Below, in pieces: positions 1 through 9,036 of a stretch of 64,000 nucleotides of DNA. This stretch comes from Candidatus Peregrinibacteria bacterium Gr01-1014_25 (GTDB lineage: Bacteria > Patescibacteriota > Gracilibacteria > Peribacterales > Peribacteraceae): assembly GCA_007376205.1 (NCBI GenBank), contig VMFU01000001.1, positions 94,661 to 158,660 on the forward strand, read 5' to 3'. The translations under genes were made by a program, and so were the position numbers. The notes below the pieces were generated by a model that saw only the letters and a list, made by a program, of their open reading frames with translations, ran no database searches and was not told the DNA's origin. Each line of letters begins with the position of its first letter. Within the stretch, counting starts at the first letter, position 1.

Positions 1-129
1 GACGCCGCGCACGGCCTCGTCGAGGCCTTCGAGAAAGGCCTGCTACCGAATGCCATGACCGATGCGCGCTACTTTAATATCAAGCGCATGCAGGAACTGA
101 ACCTGCAACCTACCGCCCAGGCCGCATGA
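1..129 (+). CDS. C-terminal fragment of an unidentified CDS entering from the left edge
   Basis: Frame 1 is open from nt 1 to TGA 127-129 (..LLPNAMTDARYFNIKRMQELNLQPTAQAA*). The stop overlaps the next ATG (ATGA). Confidence 0.4.
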   Translation, partial: DAAHGLVEAFEKGLLPNAMTDARYFNIKRMQELNLQPTAQAA

Positions 130-1259
130 CGCGACAAACTGCTCCCACGCCGGCCCTGACCGTGCCCTTCATCGATCTTGCCGTGCACGATCCAGCGTTG
201 AAGGCGAAACTCCTGGAGGCCGCCGATCGCGTGCTATCCCACGGGCAATTTATCCTGGGACCGGAGGTGAAGAAATTCGAGGAGGATTTCGCGGCGTACA
301 CCGGCACGACGTACGCCGTCGGCATCGGCAACGGCACCGACTCGCTCACGCTGACCATGAAAGGACTCGGCATCGGGCCGGGCGATGAAGTCATCACCGC
401 CGCCAACTCCTTCCTCGCTTCGGCGTCGTCCGTCATTTTCGCCGGCGCGCGGCCCGTGCTCGTGGACATGCTCGACGACTGCACGATCGATCCCGTGCGT
501 GTCGAAGCCGCCGTCACGCCGCACACGAAAGCGATCATTCCCGTACATCTCATGGGACAGCCCGCCGACATGGATGCGATCCTCGCCATCGCGGAGAAGC
601 ACGGCCTGTACGTCATCGAGGACGCCGCACAAGCGGCCGGCGCGAAGATCGGCGACCGGCGCGTCGGTTCCTTGGGCACCGCCGGCTCGTTCAGTTTTCA
701 CCCGCTCAAAACGCTGAATGCCTGCGGCGACGCGGGGATGGTCACGACGAACGACCGCAAGCTCTACGAATATTTGCTGCTCGCGCGGACGCACGGACTG
801 AAGGATCGCGATGACTGCGTCTTCTGGAGCCCGAATTCCCGCCTCGACGCGCTGCAGGCCGCATTCCTTGGGGTGAAGCTGCCATACCTGGACCAATGGA
901 ACGCCGCGCGGCGGGCGCACGCCGCGTTCTACCAAACCTGCCTCGCCGATGTCGTCGAGGTCGCCCGGGAGACGCCGGGAACGTTCAACGTCTTCTATAT
1001 GTTCGTCATCCAGACCGACCGGCGGGACGACCTGCAGCGATTCCTGCGGGAACGGGGCATCGAGAGCGCGGTGCACTACCCCACACCGATCCATCTGAAG
1101 CGCGCCGCGAAGGATCTGGGATACAAACGGGGGGATTTTCCGGTCACGGAGCGATGGTCGGACCGCATCTTGAGTATTCCCGCGACGCAGTGGCACTCGA
1201 AAGACCAGTGCGCGTACGTCGCCGACACTGTCCGCGAATTCTTCTCCAAGGAATCATGA
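126..1259 (+). CDS. DegT/DnrJ/EryC1/StrS-family PLP-dependent sugar aminotransferase
   Basis: 377-aa ORF with family-typical stretches GTDSLTL, ITAANSF, FSFHPLKTLNACGDAGMVTT and HYPTPIH. Confidence 0.9.
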   Translation: MTRQTAPTPALTVPFIDLAVHDPALKAKLLEAADRVLSHGQFILGPEVKKFEEDFAAYTGTTYAVGIGNGTDSLTLTMKGLGIGPGDEVITAANSFLASASSVIFAGARPVLVDMLDDCTIDPVRVEAAVTPHTKAIIPVHLMGQPADMDAILAIAEKHGLYVIEDAAQAAGAKIGDRRVGSLGTAGSFSFHPLKTLNACGDAGMVTTNDRKLYEYLLLARTHGLKDRDDCVFWSPNSRLDALQAAFLGVKLPYLDQWNAARRAHAAFYQTCLADVVEVARETPGTFNVFYMFVIQTDRRDDLQRFLRERGIESAVHYPTPIHLKRAAKDLGYKRGDFPVTERWSDRILSIPATQWHSKDQCAYVADTVREFFSKES

Positions 1260-2245
1260 AAGTCTGCGTCCTCGGCGCCAACGCGTTCTCCGGCCAGGAC
1301 TTCGTCGACCTTCTGCTCGACGATCCTTCCTACGAGGTCATCGGGGTAAGCCGGTCACCGGAGCGCTCCTCGCTCTTCTTGAAATACAAAACCCGCGCCG
1401 ACCTGTCCCGCTACCGGTACCGCCAGCTTGACGCGAACCGCGACATGCCGGCGATCCTCGGCCTGCTCGACGCCGAACGCCCGGAAGCAATCGTCAACTT
1501 CGCCGCGCAGAGCGAAGTCGCGCCGAGTTGGGAGCATCCCGAGCAATGGTACGAGACCAACTGCGTCGCCCTGGCCAAGCTGGTGAACCACCTGCGCAAG
1601 CAAGACTACCTCCGGCGTTACCTGCACGTGTCCACCAACGAAGTCTACGGAACGTGCGCCGGCACGGTGAAGGAAGACGCGCCGCTCAATCCGAGCACGC
1701 CCTACGCCGCATCGAAGGCGGCCGCCGACGTTCTCCTGGAGACGTACCGCAGGCAATTCGGCTTCCCCCTCCTCACCGTCCGGTCCACCAACGTCTACGG
1801 CGCGCGACAACAGCTTTTCAAGATCATCCCCCGCTCCGTGATCTTCGCGAAGCTCGGCAAGAAGATTGAGCTACATGGCGGCGGCGTCGCGGTGAAGTCC
1901 TACATCCACATCCGCGATATCTCCATGGGAGAAAAAGCGATTCTGGAGAGCGGCCGCCTCGGCGAGATTTATCACCTGTCTCCCGACGCCGGCGTCGAAG
2001 TACGGGAGGTCGTACGCATGATTTGCGATCGGCTGGGGCGCTCTTTCGAGGAAGCGGTGACGATCGTGGGCGAGCGCCCGGGCCAGGATAAGGCGTACGT
2101 CATCGATTCGAACAAGGCGAGAACGGAGCTGGGTTGGCGGCCGGTGGTGACGCTCGAGCGGGGCCTCGGTGAGGTTGTGGATTGGGTGAATACGTACTGG
2201 GACGAGATCCAAAAACAGCCGCTTGCCTACGAGCATAAGGCGTGA
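1256..2245 (+). CDS. NAD-dependent NDP-sugar epimerase/dehydratase (4,6-dehydratase-like extended SDR)
   Basis: Start set at ATG 1256 (MKVCVLGANAFSG Rossmann motif), with an ATGA overlap on the upstream stop. Catalytic YAASK (YxxxK) is present. The longer ORF from 896 is an Arg/Pro-rich out-of-context extension. Confidence 0.85.
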   Translation: MKVCVLGANAFSGQDFVDLLLDDPSYEVIGVSRSPERSSLFLKYKTRADLSRYRYRQLDANRDMPAILGLLDAERPEAIVNFAAQSEVAPSWEHPEQWYETNCVALAKLVNHLRKQDYLRRYLHVSTNEVYGTCAGTVKEDAPLNPSTPYAASKAAADVLLETYRRQFGFPLLTVRSTNVYGARQQLFKIIPRSVIFAKLGKKIELHGGGVAVKSYIHIRDISMGEKAILESGRLGEIYHLSPDAGVEVREVVRMICDRLGRSFEEAVTIVGERPGQDKAYVIDSNKARTELGWRPVVTLERGLGEVVDWVNTYWDEIQKQPLAYEHKA

Positions 2246-2284
2246 GGATGTTATAAACTACCGTTATTCTTCACTGCTCCACTC

Positions 2285-3796
2285 ATGGAACGGAAGCTGA
2301 AACCACTCCGGGAATTGGCAGAACTTCTGCGGCGCGATGCGCGCGGCGACCGACGCGTCGTGCACTGTCATGGCGTTTTTGACCTCCTGCACCCGGGACA
2401 CATCCGTCATTTTCTTGCCGCAAAACGCGAAGGAGACATCCTCGTTGTCACGATCACGCCGGATCGCTTCGTAAATAAGGGGCCCGGCCGCCCTGCATTC
2501 CCCGAGTACCTCCGCGCCGAGTCCATCGCAGCGCTCGGCATGGTCGACTACGTTGCGATCAACGAGTGGCCGACGGCGGTGGAAACGATCGCGCTGCTCC
2601 AACCCGACGTCTATACCAAGGGCAAGGAGTACACCGACGCCTCCGCCGACCTCACCGGGTTTCGCGACGAGGAAGTCGCTGTGCGCGAAGCGGGCGGGCG
2701 GATGCATTTCACCGACGACATCACGTTCAGTTCCTCGAAGCTCCTCAACGAGCACTTCGGCGTGCTGCCCGTCGCTGCGCGCGCCTACCTCACGGATTTC
2801 CGCACGCGCTTTGCGGCCACCGACATCGTCGACCTCCTCCGCGCGCTGCGCGGCATGCGCGTCCTCGTCATCGGCGACGCGATCATCGATGAATACCACT
2901 CGTGCCGGCCCATCGGCCTGGCCTCCAAGTCCGCGACGTTGTCCGCGCAGTTTCTCGGCGCCGAGCAGCAGGCGGGCGGCGCGTTGGCCATCGCGAATCA
3001 CGTCGGGTCTTTCTGCGACAAAGTCGACGTGATCACGTGCCTCGGGGCGACGGATTCCCGCGAGGATTTCATCCGGTCCAATCTGAAACCGTCCGTCACG
3101 CCGCACGTCTTTCTGCGTCCCGACGGCCCGACGACGGTCAAGCGACGGTACGTCGATTTTCGGCTCCAGAAGCTGTTCGAGATCACGTTCCTCCAAGACC
3201 GCCCCCTGCCGCAGGACATCGCCGCGGGGATCGACGGGCTGCTCCGGGAAACCCGGGATGTCTACGACGCCGTTCTGGTAGCGGATTTCGGCTACGGCAT
3301 GTTCACCTCCGGCACGAAGGAAATGCTGGAAGACGTGAAGGGCTACCGCGCGCTCAACGTCCACACGAACAGCGCGAACATGGGGTTCAACGCGGTGACG
3401 GCTTTCCGGAGTGCGGACTACGTCTGCATCAATGAACTGGAACTGCGCATCGCCTCCCACGACCGGTTCGGTCCGGTCGATGCCCTGGGTGACCCCCTGC
3501 GCGAGCGCCTGCACGCCGCGCTGCTGACGGCGACGCTTGGCCGTGAAGGTTCCGCAACATGGGACGGACGTTCCGTGCTGCACACGCCAGCGTTCTGCAG
3601 CGAAGTCATCGACACGATCGGCGCGGGCGACGCGTTCTTCTCCATCGCCGCCCTCTGCGCGGCGGCGCGGATGCCCACGGAGCTCGTCGCTTTCCTCGGC
3701 AACGCCGCGGGTGCGCTGGCCAGCCGCGTTGTCGGCAACCGCGAATCGGTGGAATTCCCCGCCCTCGCAAAGTACGTCACCACTCTGCTGAAGTAG
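2285..3796 (+). CDS. Bifunctional cytidylyltransferase-like nucleotidyltransferase (N-terminal) / PfkB-family sugar kinase (C-terminal); HldE/RfaE-like with reversed domain order
   Basis: The N-terminus has VVHCHGVFDLLHPGHIRHF (HxGH nucleotidyltransferase motif). The C-terminal half has VLVIGDAIIDEY ... DTIGAGDAFF (PfkB signature). Confidence 0.8.
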   Translation: MERKLKPLRELAELLRRDARGDRRVVHCHGVFDLLHPGHIRHFLAAKREGDILVVTITPDRFVNKGPGRPAFPEYLRAESIAALGMVDYVAINEWPTAVETIALLQPDVYTKGKEYTDASADLTGFRDEEVAVREAGGRMHFTDDITFSSSKLLNEHFGVLPVAARAYLTDFRTRFAATDIVDLLRALRGMRVLVIGDAIIDEYHSCRPIGLASKSATLSAQFLGAEQQAGGALAIANHVGSFCDKVDVITCLGATDSREDFIRSNLKPSVTPHVFLRPDGPTTVKRRYVDFRLQKLFEITFLQDRPLPQDIAAGIDGLLRETRDVYDAVLVADFGYGMFTSGTKEMLEDVKGYRALNVHTNSANMGFNAVTAFRSADYVCINELELRIASHDRFGPVDALGDPLRERLHAALLTATLGREGSATWDGRSVLHTPAFCSEVIDTIGAGDAFFSIAALCAAARMPTELVAFLGNAAGALASRVVGNRESVEFPALAKYVTTLLK

Positions 3797-3801
3797 TCGT
3801 C

Positions 3802-5025
3802 ATGCGCCTCATCGTCTGTTCCACCGGCATCCCCCACCGGCATTTTCATCCGCGTTTGAGTGCGAGTTTGATGACGCTTTACAGCTACATTGAGGAAAGC
3901 AAGCGCTCCGGGGTGCAGATCCTCCATCTCATGATCCTCGATCGAAAAAACTTCGACGAGGAGTTGTTGCAACGATACCGCGTTGAGCAGGAGGATGACC
4001 GGCTGACGACGCTCGTATGGCAGACACCTTCGTACCTCCAGCCGCGTCGTGGCGTCTTCGATCCCATCCGGCCGCTCCCCCTCCCGGAGGAGTACCGCCG
4101 GCGTTTGCGGGAGTTCCAACCGGACGCCGTCTTCTGCCTCGATGCCTATGCCGCCGGTGCACTGAAGGATCTGAAGGTTGCCCCGATCTTCGTGCAGGTG
4201 CACGATCCGAAGTTTCAGACGATGTGGTACCACGCGCTCTATGCTCTGCGCGAGAATCCCTTCCGCCCCCTGCAACCGCTCGTCGACATGGCCAAGGCGC
4301 TGCGGTGGCGGCGATACTACAGAGAAGCGCTGTCTCACGCGGACCGAGTGGTGACGGTTGCGACATCCGGGGCAGACGCGCTCGTGCGCATGGGTATACC
4401 TGCGCAGCTCTTTCCCATGCTCTGGATCGGCGTTCCTGGCGCGGACACGTCCATGCCGACGCATTTGCCTTCAAAGCCCACATTCGTGTTCCAGGGAAAC
4501 CTGTCCGGCCTTGGGTCGCGCGCCGCTCTGCACTATCTCCTGAATCGGGCGTTCCCCGTCATCCGCCAGCACTGGGGACGGAACGGCTTTGAGATCCTGC
4601 TCTGCGGTTCGCGCTCACTCCCCGCGTGGGTGGCGGAGCGGATCGGGGACATGCCCGAAATCCGGTTCCTCGGATTCGTCGAGGACATCGCCGCGCTCCT
4701 GCGCGGTTGCCATGCGGTGCTTGCCCCCATCGACGTGCCCATCGGGAACCGTACGCGCATTCTCACGGCCATGGCACTGGGCGTGCCCGTAGTAACGCAC
4801 GTCAGCATCGCCTCGGCAAATCCGCACCTCGTCGATGGGAAGACGTGCCTCATCGCCGACGCACCGGAGGAATTCGTCTCCAAGATGATTCAGGCCTTTC
4901 ACCGCGGGCCGGCGATCGAAGCAATCATCCGCAACGCGCAGCAAACCTACATCGATACGTTCAGTCCTCCTGCGGCGACCAAGGCGCTCCTGGATGCGCT
5001 GCGTGTCATGCGGCGGGCATCGTAG
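3802..5025 (+). CDS. Glycosyltransferase, GT-B fold (GT1/GT4-like)
   Basis: ATG 3802 lies 5 nt after the upstream stop. The C-terminal half (RFLGFVEDI..LAPIDVPIGNRTRILTAMALGVPVVTH..DGKTCLIA) resembles a GT-B donor-binding domain. Confidence 0.65.
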   Translation: MRLIVCSTGIPHRHFHPRLSASLMTLYSYIEESKRSGVQILHLMILDRKNFDEELLQRYRVEQEDDRLTTLVWQTPSYLQPRRGVFDPIRPLPLPEEYRRRLREFQPDAVFCLDAYAAGALKDLKVAPIFVQVHDPKFQTMWYHALYALRENPFRPLQPLVDMAKALRWRRYYREALSHADRVVTVATSGADALVRMGIPAQLFPMLWIGVPGADTSMPTHLPSKPTFVFQGNLSGLGSRAALHYLLNRAFPVIRQHWGRNGFEILLCGSRSLPAWVAERIGDMPEIRFLGFVEDIAALLRGCHAVLAPIDVPIGNRTRILTAMALGVPVVTHVSIASANPHLVDGKTCLIADAPEEFVSKMIQAFHRGPAIEAIIRNAQQTYIDTFSPPAATKALLDALRVMRRAS

Positions 5026-5031
5026 GCCGGG

Positions 5032-5991
5032 CTACCGGAAACCGGCACCGAGCATGCCCGCAATTTTTTGCGCGATGAACACGTCCGTCACGGTTCGTGC
5101 CTCACGCGTCATGCCGCCGATGTGCGGAGTGAGCAATACCTCGTCATGCTCGCGTACGTAGGCAACGAGAGGGTGCGCCGAGCAGGAGGCATCGAACGTC
5201 AGTTCGCCGTCGAGAACGTCGGCGGCGTACCCGGCGAGGCGGCCGGATCGCAGGGCGTCGAGGATCGCGGCTTCGTCGACGACCCGCCCGCGCGCGGTAT
5301 TCACCAGCACGGCGGACGGACGCAACAGTCCCAGCATGCGGGCATTGATCAGTCGTTCCGTGTCGGACGTCAGGTGGACGTGCAGCGAAACGGCGTCGCA
5401 GCGGGGCAGCATGGCATCGAGCGGCAACCATTCGTCGCACAGAATCCGGTCGGACGGAGCAGGGTCGCACCCCAGAACGGTCATGCCGAAGCAACGCCCG
5501 TACCGCGCGACCATGCCGCCGAGGCGGCCGACGCCGACGACGCCCAACGTCTTGCCGGCCAGCGAGGTTCCCATGAATGCGTCTCTCGCCCATTCCCCCC
5601 TCCGAACGGCCTCGCCCGCGGGCACGATCCTGCGCAGCAATGCGAGGAGCAATCCCCATGCGAGCTCCGCGGTGGCGGTCACTTCGCGGAGAACGTCGTC
5701 GGCTCCGCGGAGGTTGACGACGGCGATCCCCCGGCTTTCGGCGACCGCGACGTCCACGTGATCGAGTCCCGTTGTCGGCGTGGCGATGACCTTGAGCTTG
5801 GGTGACGCATCGAAAAGAACACGATCCGCGATGTGATCGAGGCCGATGATCAGCACCTCGGCATCGCCCAGCGCCGCGAGCAAATCCCGCCTGGTGAACG
5901 TTTCGCAGCGCACGTCTCCCGCGCCGCGAAGAATCTGCAGCGCCTCCGGCGCAAAGCGATCCCCGAGGGCGACAACGATGCGCGGCATCAT
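5032..5991 (-). CDS. D-isomer-specific 2-hydroxyacid dehydrogenase family protein (NAD-binding)
   Basis: GVVGVGRLGGMVARYG (GxGxxG), NTARGRVVDEAAILDAL, DVLDGE and TPHIGGMT motifs. An ATGA overlap with the upstream neuA-like stop is present. Confidence 0.85.
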   Translation of the reverse strand: MMPRIVVALGDRFAPEALQILRGAGDVRCETFTRRDLLAALGDAEVLIIGLDHIADRVLFDASPKLKVIATPTTGLDHVDVAVAESRGIAVVNLRGADDVLREVTATAELAWGLLLALLRRIVPAGEAVRRGEWARDAFMGTSLAGKTLGVVGVGRLGGMVARYGRCFGMTVLGCDPAPSDRILCDEWLPLDAMLPRCDAVSLHVHLTSDTERLINARMLGLLRPSAVLVNTARGRVVDEAAILDALRSGRLAGYAADVLDGELTFDASCSAHPLVAYVREHDEVLLTPHIGGMTREARTVTDVFIAQKIAGMLGAGFR

Positions 5992-6689
5992 GTAGTTTTT
6001 CCCAGAAGGAGTTCGGCGATGGCCATGTCCATCGGCTCGTTGACGTCGACGGAACGCTCACGGGGCATCACGTACGCCCGGGAATCAGCGCCGAAGAGTT
6101 CACCGCGCATCAACACCGGCACGCGCGTGAGGTAGATCGCCGTATTGCGCTTGTAGACGGGGTCGTTGTCGCGGTGCGCGGAGCGCTGTCCCTCATCGGC
6201 GAAACGCGGCTGGATCCTGCCATCCTCCGTAATGCGCTTGAGTTTTTGCACCGCGAAGTCCGGGATCTGCACCATGCTCATGACGGAATCGGCATTCGTC
6301 CGCGCGGCGAGTTCCAGGCACGCATCGATGTCGGCACCCGTGCGCAACGGGGATGTCGGCTGCAGGATCATCGCGTAGTCGAAACGCTCGCCGCGCTCCT
6401 CCATCCAGCGAATAGCGTGCTGCATGACCTCGATGGACCCGGCCGCATCCGTGGAGAGCTCCGCCGGGCGCAGGAACGGCACATCGGCCCCGAGCGAGCG
6501 CGCCATCTCCGCGATGTCGGAATCATCGGTCGAGACGATGCAGCGCGTGAGGCGACTCTGTGCCGCGGCATCGATGGTGTACGCGATGAGCGGCTTGCCG
6601 GCAAGCAGGGCGATGTTTTTGCGCGGGATGCCCCGGGAACCTCCGCGGGCCGTGATCACCCCAAGCGTGCGCGGAACGGTTTCATTCAT
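5988..6689 (-). CDS. neuA: Acylneuraminate (nonulosonate) cytidylyltransferase, CMP-NulO synthetase
   Basis: Start set at MNETVPRTLGVITARGGSRGIPRKNIALLAGKPLIAYTI (classic CMP-NeuAc synthetase N-terminus). It has an 8-nt overlap with the neuC-like stop. The upstream 95-codon extension of the ORF is Arg/Ser/Thr-rich and implausible. Confidence 0.85.
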   Translation of the reverse strand: MNETVPRTLGVITARGGSRGIPRKNIALLAGKPLIAYTIDAAAQSRLTRCIVSTDDSDIAEMARSLGADVPFLRPAELSTDAAGSIEVMQHAIRWMEERGERFDYAMILQPTSPLRTGADIDACLELAARTNADSVMSMVQIPDFAVQKLKRITEDGRIQPRFADEGQRSAHRDNDPVYKRNTAIYLTRVPVLMRGELFGADSRAYVMPRERSVDVNEPMDMAIAELLLGKTT

Positions 6690-7839
6690 CGCTGTCGACG
6701 TGGAAGCGCTTCTGGACGTACAGGTCCGTCGTGGCGAGGATGTTGGCGATGGTCTTACTGCTCTTCGGCTTGTAGTAGAGATCGCTACGTGGGTAACGAC
6801 CGATGGCGCTCTGGCGCGTAATGGCGTCGCGCAGCTGCGTAGCGTCGTACGGCACGTCGATGACATTGTCTGCGCGCAACCGCCCTGCCTGGCGCGTACC
6901 GACGTTGACCGCGGGAACGCCGAGGAACGAGGCCTCTTTGATGCCGGACGACGAGTTGCCGACGATGCAGGCACACCCTTTCAGGAGCGAGAGGAACTCC
7001 TGTGTTGGCAGGTATTTGGCGAAGCGCATCGATCGCGGGTCGTTGTGTTCGCGGAAGACGCGGATCGCCTTGGATACCTCGTCGGTGCCGGCGTCGACGT
7101 TCGGCCAGAACCAAATGACCTGCAGGCCGTTCTGCGAGAGAGCATCGAGGAGCATCGCGGTGTGGGCGCGGTTCTGTTCCGGTTCCGTCGTCACCGGGTG
7201 ATGGATAACGAGAATGTACGGCTTTTGCAGATCCAGGTCGGCCCCGACGCCGTGCCGGTTGATCTGCTCCGAGGTAATCGATCCGGTGTGCGCCTCAAGC
7301 TGCTCAATTTCGGGAGCGCCGACGTCGAAGACGTACCGCGGGTCCTCTCCCATCCGGATGATGCGCTTCGCCGAGGCGGCGTTCGTCGCAAAGTGGATGT
7401 GCGACAGTTTCGTCACGGCGTGTCGGACGCTCTCATCGATGCTGCCGGTGATGTCGCCGCCCTCGATGTGCGCGACGGGAATGTTCATGTATGCCGCGGC
7501 GACAGCCGCGGAGAGGACTTCGTAGCGATCGCCGCGGACGACGACGAGATCCGGCTGCAAGTTCTCGAACGCCGTGGCGAATTCCGTGACACCGATGCCC
7601 GTGGTTTTGGCCATCGCCACCGGCGTTCCTCCCGCGAGCGTCATCGTGATCTTCGCATCGTACGTGAATTTATCCTCCGCCATCGCGGACAATGCGTCCC
7701 CGTACTGCGGCAGAATCGCGGATGCGCCGACGGCAATCTGCAGGCTGACATCCGGCCGAGCTTGCAATTCCCGGAGCACGAGGCGCGTTCGGGTGTAGTG
7801 GATATGCGAGGTGATGACGACGCAGATTTTTCGCGGCAT
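6682..7839 (-). CDS. neuC: UDP-N-acetylglucosamine 2-epimerase (hydrolysing), NeuC-type
   Basis: 385 aa with VVVRGDRYEVL, PVAHIEGGDITGSIDESVRHAVTKLSH and NSSSGIKEASFLGVPAVNVGTRQ, which are typical of NeuC/LegG-type epimerases. Confidence 0.85.
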   Translation of the reverse strand: MPRKICVVITSHIHYTRTRLVLRELQARPDVSLQIAVGASAILPQYGDALSAMAEDKFTYDAKITMTLAGGTPVAMAKTTGIGVTEFATAFENLQPDLVVVRGDRYEVLSAAVAAAYMNIPVAHIEGGDITGSIDESVRHAVTKLSHIHFATNAASAKRIIRMGEDPRYVFDVGAPEIEQLEAHTGSITSEQINRHGVGADLDLQKPYILVIHHPVTTEPEQNRAHTAMLLDALSQNGLQVIWFWPNVDAGTDEVSKAIRVFREHNDPRSMRFAKYLPTQEFLSLLKGCACIVGNSSSGIKEASFLGVPAVNVGTRQAGRLRADNVIDVPYDATQLRDAITRQSAIGRYPRSDLYYKPKSSKTIANILATTDLYVQKRFHVDSDE

Positions 7840-7841
7840 GG

Positions 7842-8927
7842 TCAGTGGAAGGAAGATATTGTGATCGGGTCCAATGCGCGGTGATCGCGGATGGTAGTCT
7901 TCCCGATGGCGTCGGGGAAGCGCTGGGAGGACAGGCCGTCGATCATCGAGGCCGGCCGAAGCGCCATAATCTCCTCTCCGGTCAGGATAGCTCCGGCAGG
8001 GATATCCTGCCCTGCAACCAATGCTTTATGGAAGTACGGACGGAACCGATTCGTCGCGCCGTCGAATTCGCGGTCCTTTTGCCCCAGGAACGACCGTGAA
8101 TCAACACGTTCGTACGTCTTCGACCGCACCGCTTCCGCCATGGCGGAGAATTCGGTCGGTGTCATGGACACCTTGTGGTCCGGCCCCCAGAGATCGCGGG
8201 ACAGGGAAAAATGCTTCTCGATGACGACGGCTCCGAGCGCCGAGGCGGCCATTGCCGCCTCGAACCCGAGGGAGTGGTCGGAAAATCCGATAACGGCGTC
8301 GGGGTACGTAGCGTGCAGTTCGGGAATCGTTGCAAGGTTGAATGTCTCGGGAGGACACGGGTACTCACTGATGCAGTAGAGAATGCCGATCGGCGAACCG
8401 GCAGCCGCGAGGAAGTCCACGGCGCTGCGCAGCTCGGCACGACTCACCATACCCGTCGAGAGGATGACGGGCTTTCCCGTTTTGCGCAGCGTGTCCAGCA
8501 GAACGAAATCCAGAACATCTCCCGACGATACCTTCCAGAAGGGCGGATCGTACGGCTGCAAAACGCGCGCGCCGCCGCGACTCATGGGCGTAGAGAAGAA
8601 CGTGATGCCGCGCGTCTTGCAGTGCCCGGTAATCGCATCCCAGAACGCGCGCGGCGTCGCGCGGGTATTGCGACTCACCCAGGCGTACCGATCGAGCTCT
8701 TTGGCGTGCGGCGACGTGATGGGCAGGGGCATCTGCTCATCGTCCACGACGTGCGTCTGGAACTTCACGGCATCCGCCCCGGCATCGGTCGCCGCATCGA
8801 TGAGTACGATCGCGTTATGGATACACTCATCAACGGGCCGTTCATCGGGGGTCTGGATGAAATTCTTGCCGATTTCGGCGACCAGAAAGGGCCGGTCGCC
8901 GCCGATGCCTGGGAAAAGCGCGGACAT
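7842..8927 (-). CDS. neuB: N-acetylneuraminate (nonulosonate) synthase with C-terminal SAF domain
   Basis: 361 aa with FLVAEIGKNF, DAVKFQTH, ILSTGM, GFSDHS and a C-terminal SAF-like IPAGAILTGEEIMALRP. Confidence 0.9.
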   Translation of the reverse strand: MSALFPGIGGDRPFLVAEIGKNFIQTPDERPVDECIHNAIVLIDAATDAGADAVKFQTHVVDDEQMPLPITSPHAKELDRYAWVSRNTRATPRAFWDAITGHCKTRGITFFSTPMSRGGARVLQPYDPPFWKVSSGDVLDFVLLDTLRKTGKPVILSTGMVSRAELRSAVDFLAAAGSPIGILYCISEYPCPPETFNLATIPELHATYPDAVIGFSDHSLGFEAAMAASALGAVVIEKHFSLSRDLWGPDHKVSMTPTEFSAMAEAVRSKTYERVDSRSFLGQKDREFDGATNRFRPYFHKALVAGQDIPAGAILTGEEIMALRPASMIDGLSSQRFPDAIGKTTIRDHRALDPITISSFH

Positions 8928-9036
8928 GGGAGCAAATGATAGCCCAGCGCGGACATAAGCGCACGGGAGGCATGTCGCCCTTTTTCTGCTAGACTGCGCC
9001 GGCCTAGCGGTTTTGACCGTTACGCTCCTTTAGCGC

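Noticed and set aside
896-1255. N-terminal extensions of the automatic ORFs. These are 896-1255, 3559-3801, 6690-6974, 16834-16980, 17808-17900, 18660-18770, 23031-23135, 23120-23164, 31968-32024, 35616-35702, 43497-43592, 46657-46725, 52799-53104 and 56778-56936.
   Set aside because: The extensions are Arg/Pro/Ser-rich, overlap the preceding gene, and precede an internal Met that matches the conserved family N-terminus, often with an ATGA/TGATG coupling overlap.
2264-3583. Long antisense 'shadow' ORFs opposite well-supported genes. Examples are 2264-3583(-), 10099-11808(-), 13961-15418(-), 27024-28115(-), 36291-38399(+, 702 aa), 46983-48563(-), 52948-55101(-) and 55114-56232(-).
   Set aside because: They are Arg/Ala/Gly/Pro-rich with no motifs and lie opposite genes with clear family signatures. 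This is typical of stop-codon-poor antisense frames in GC-rich DNA.
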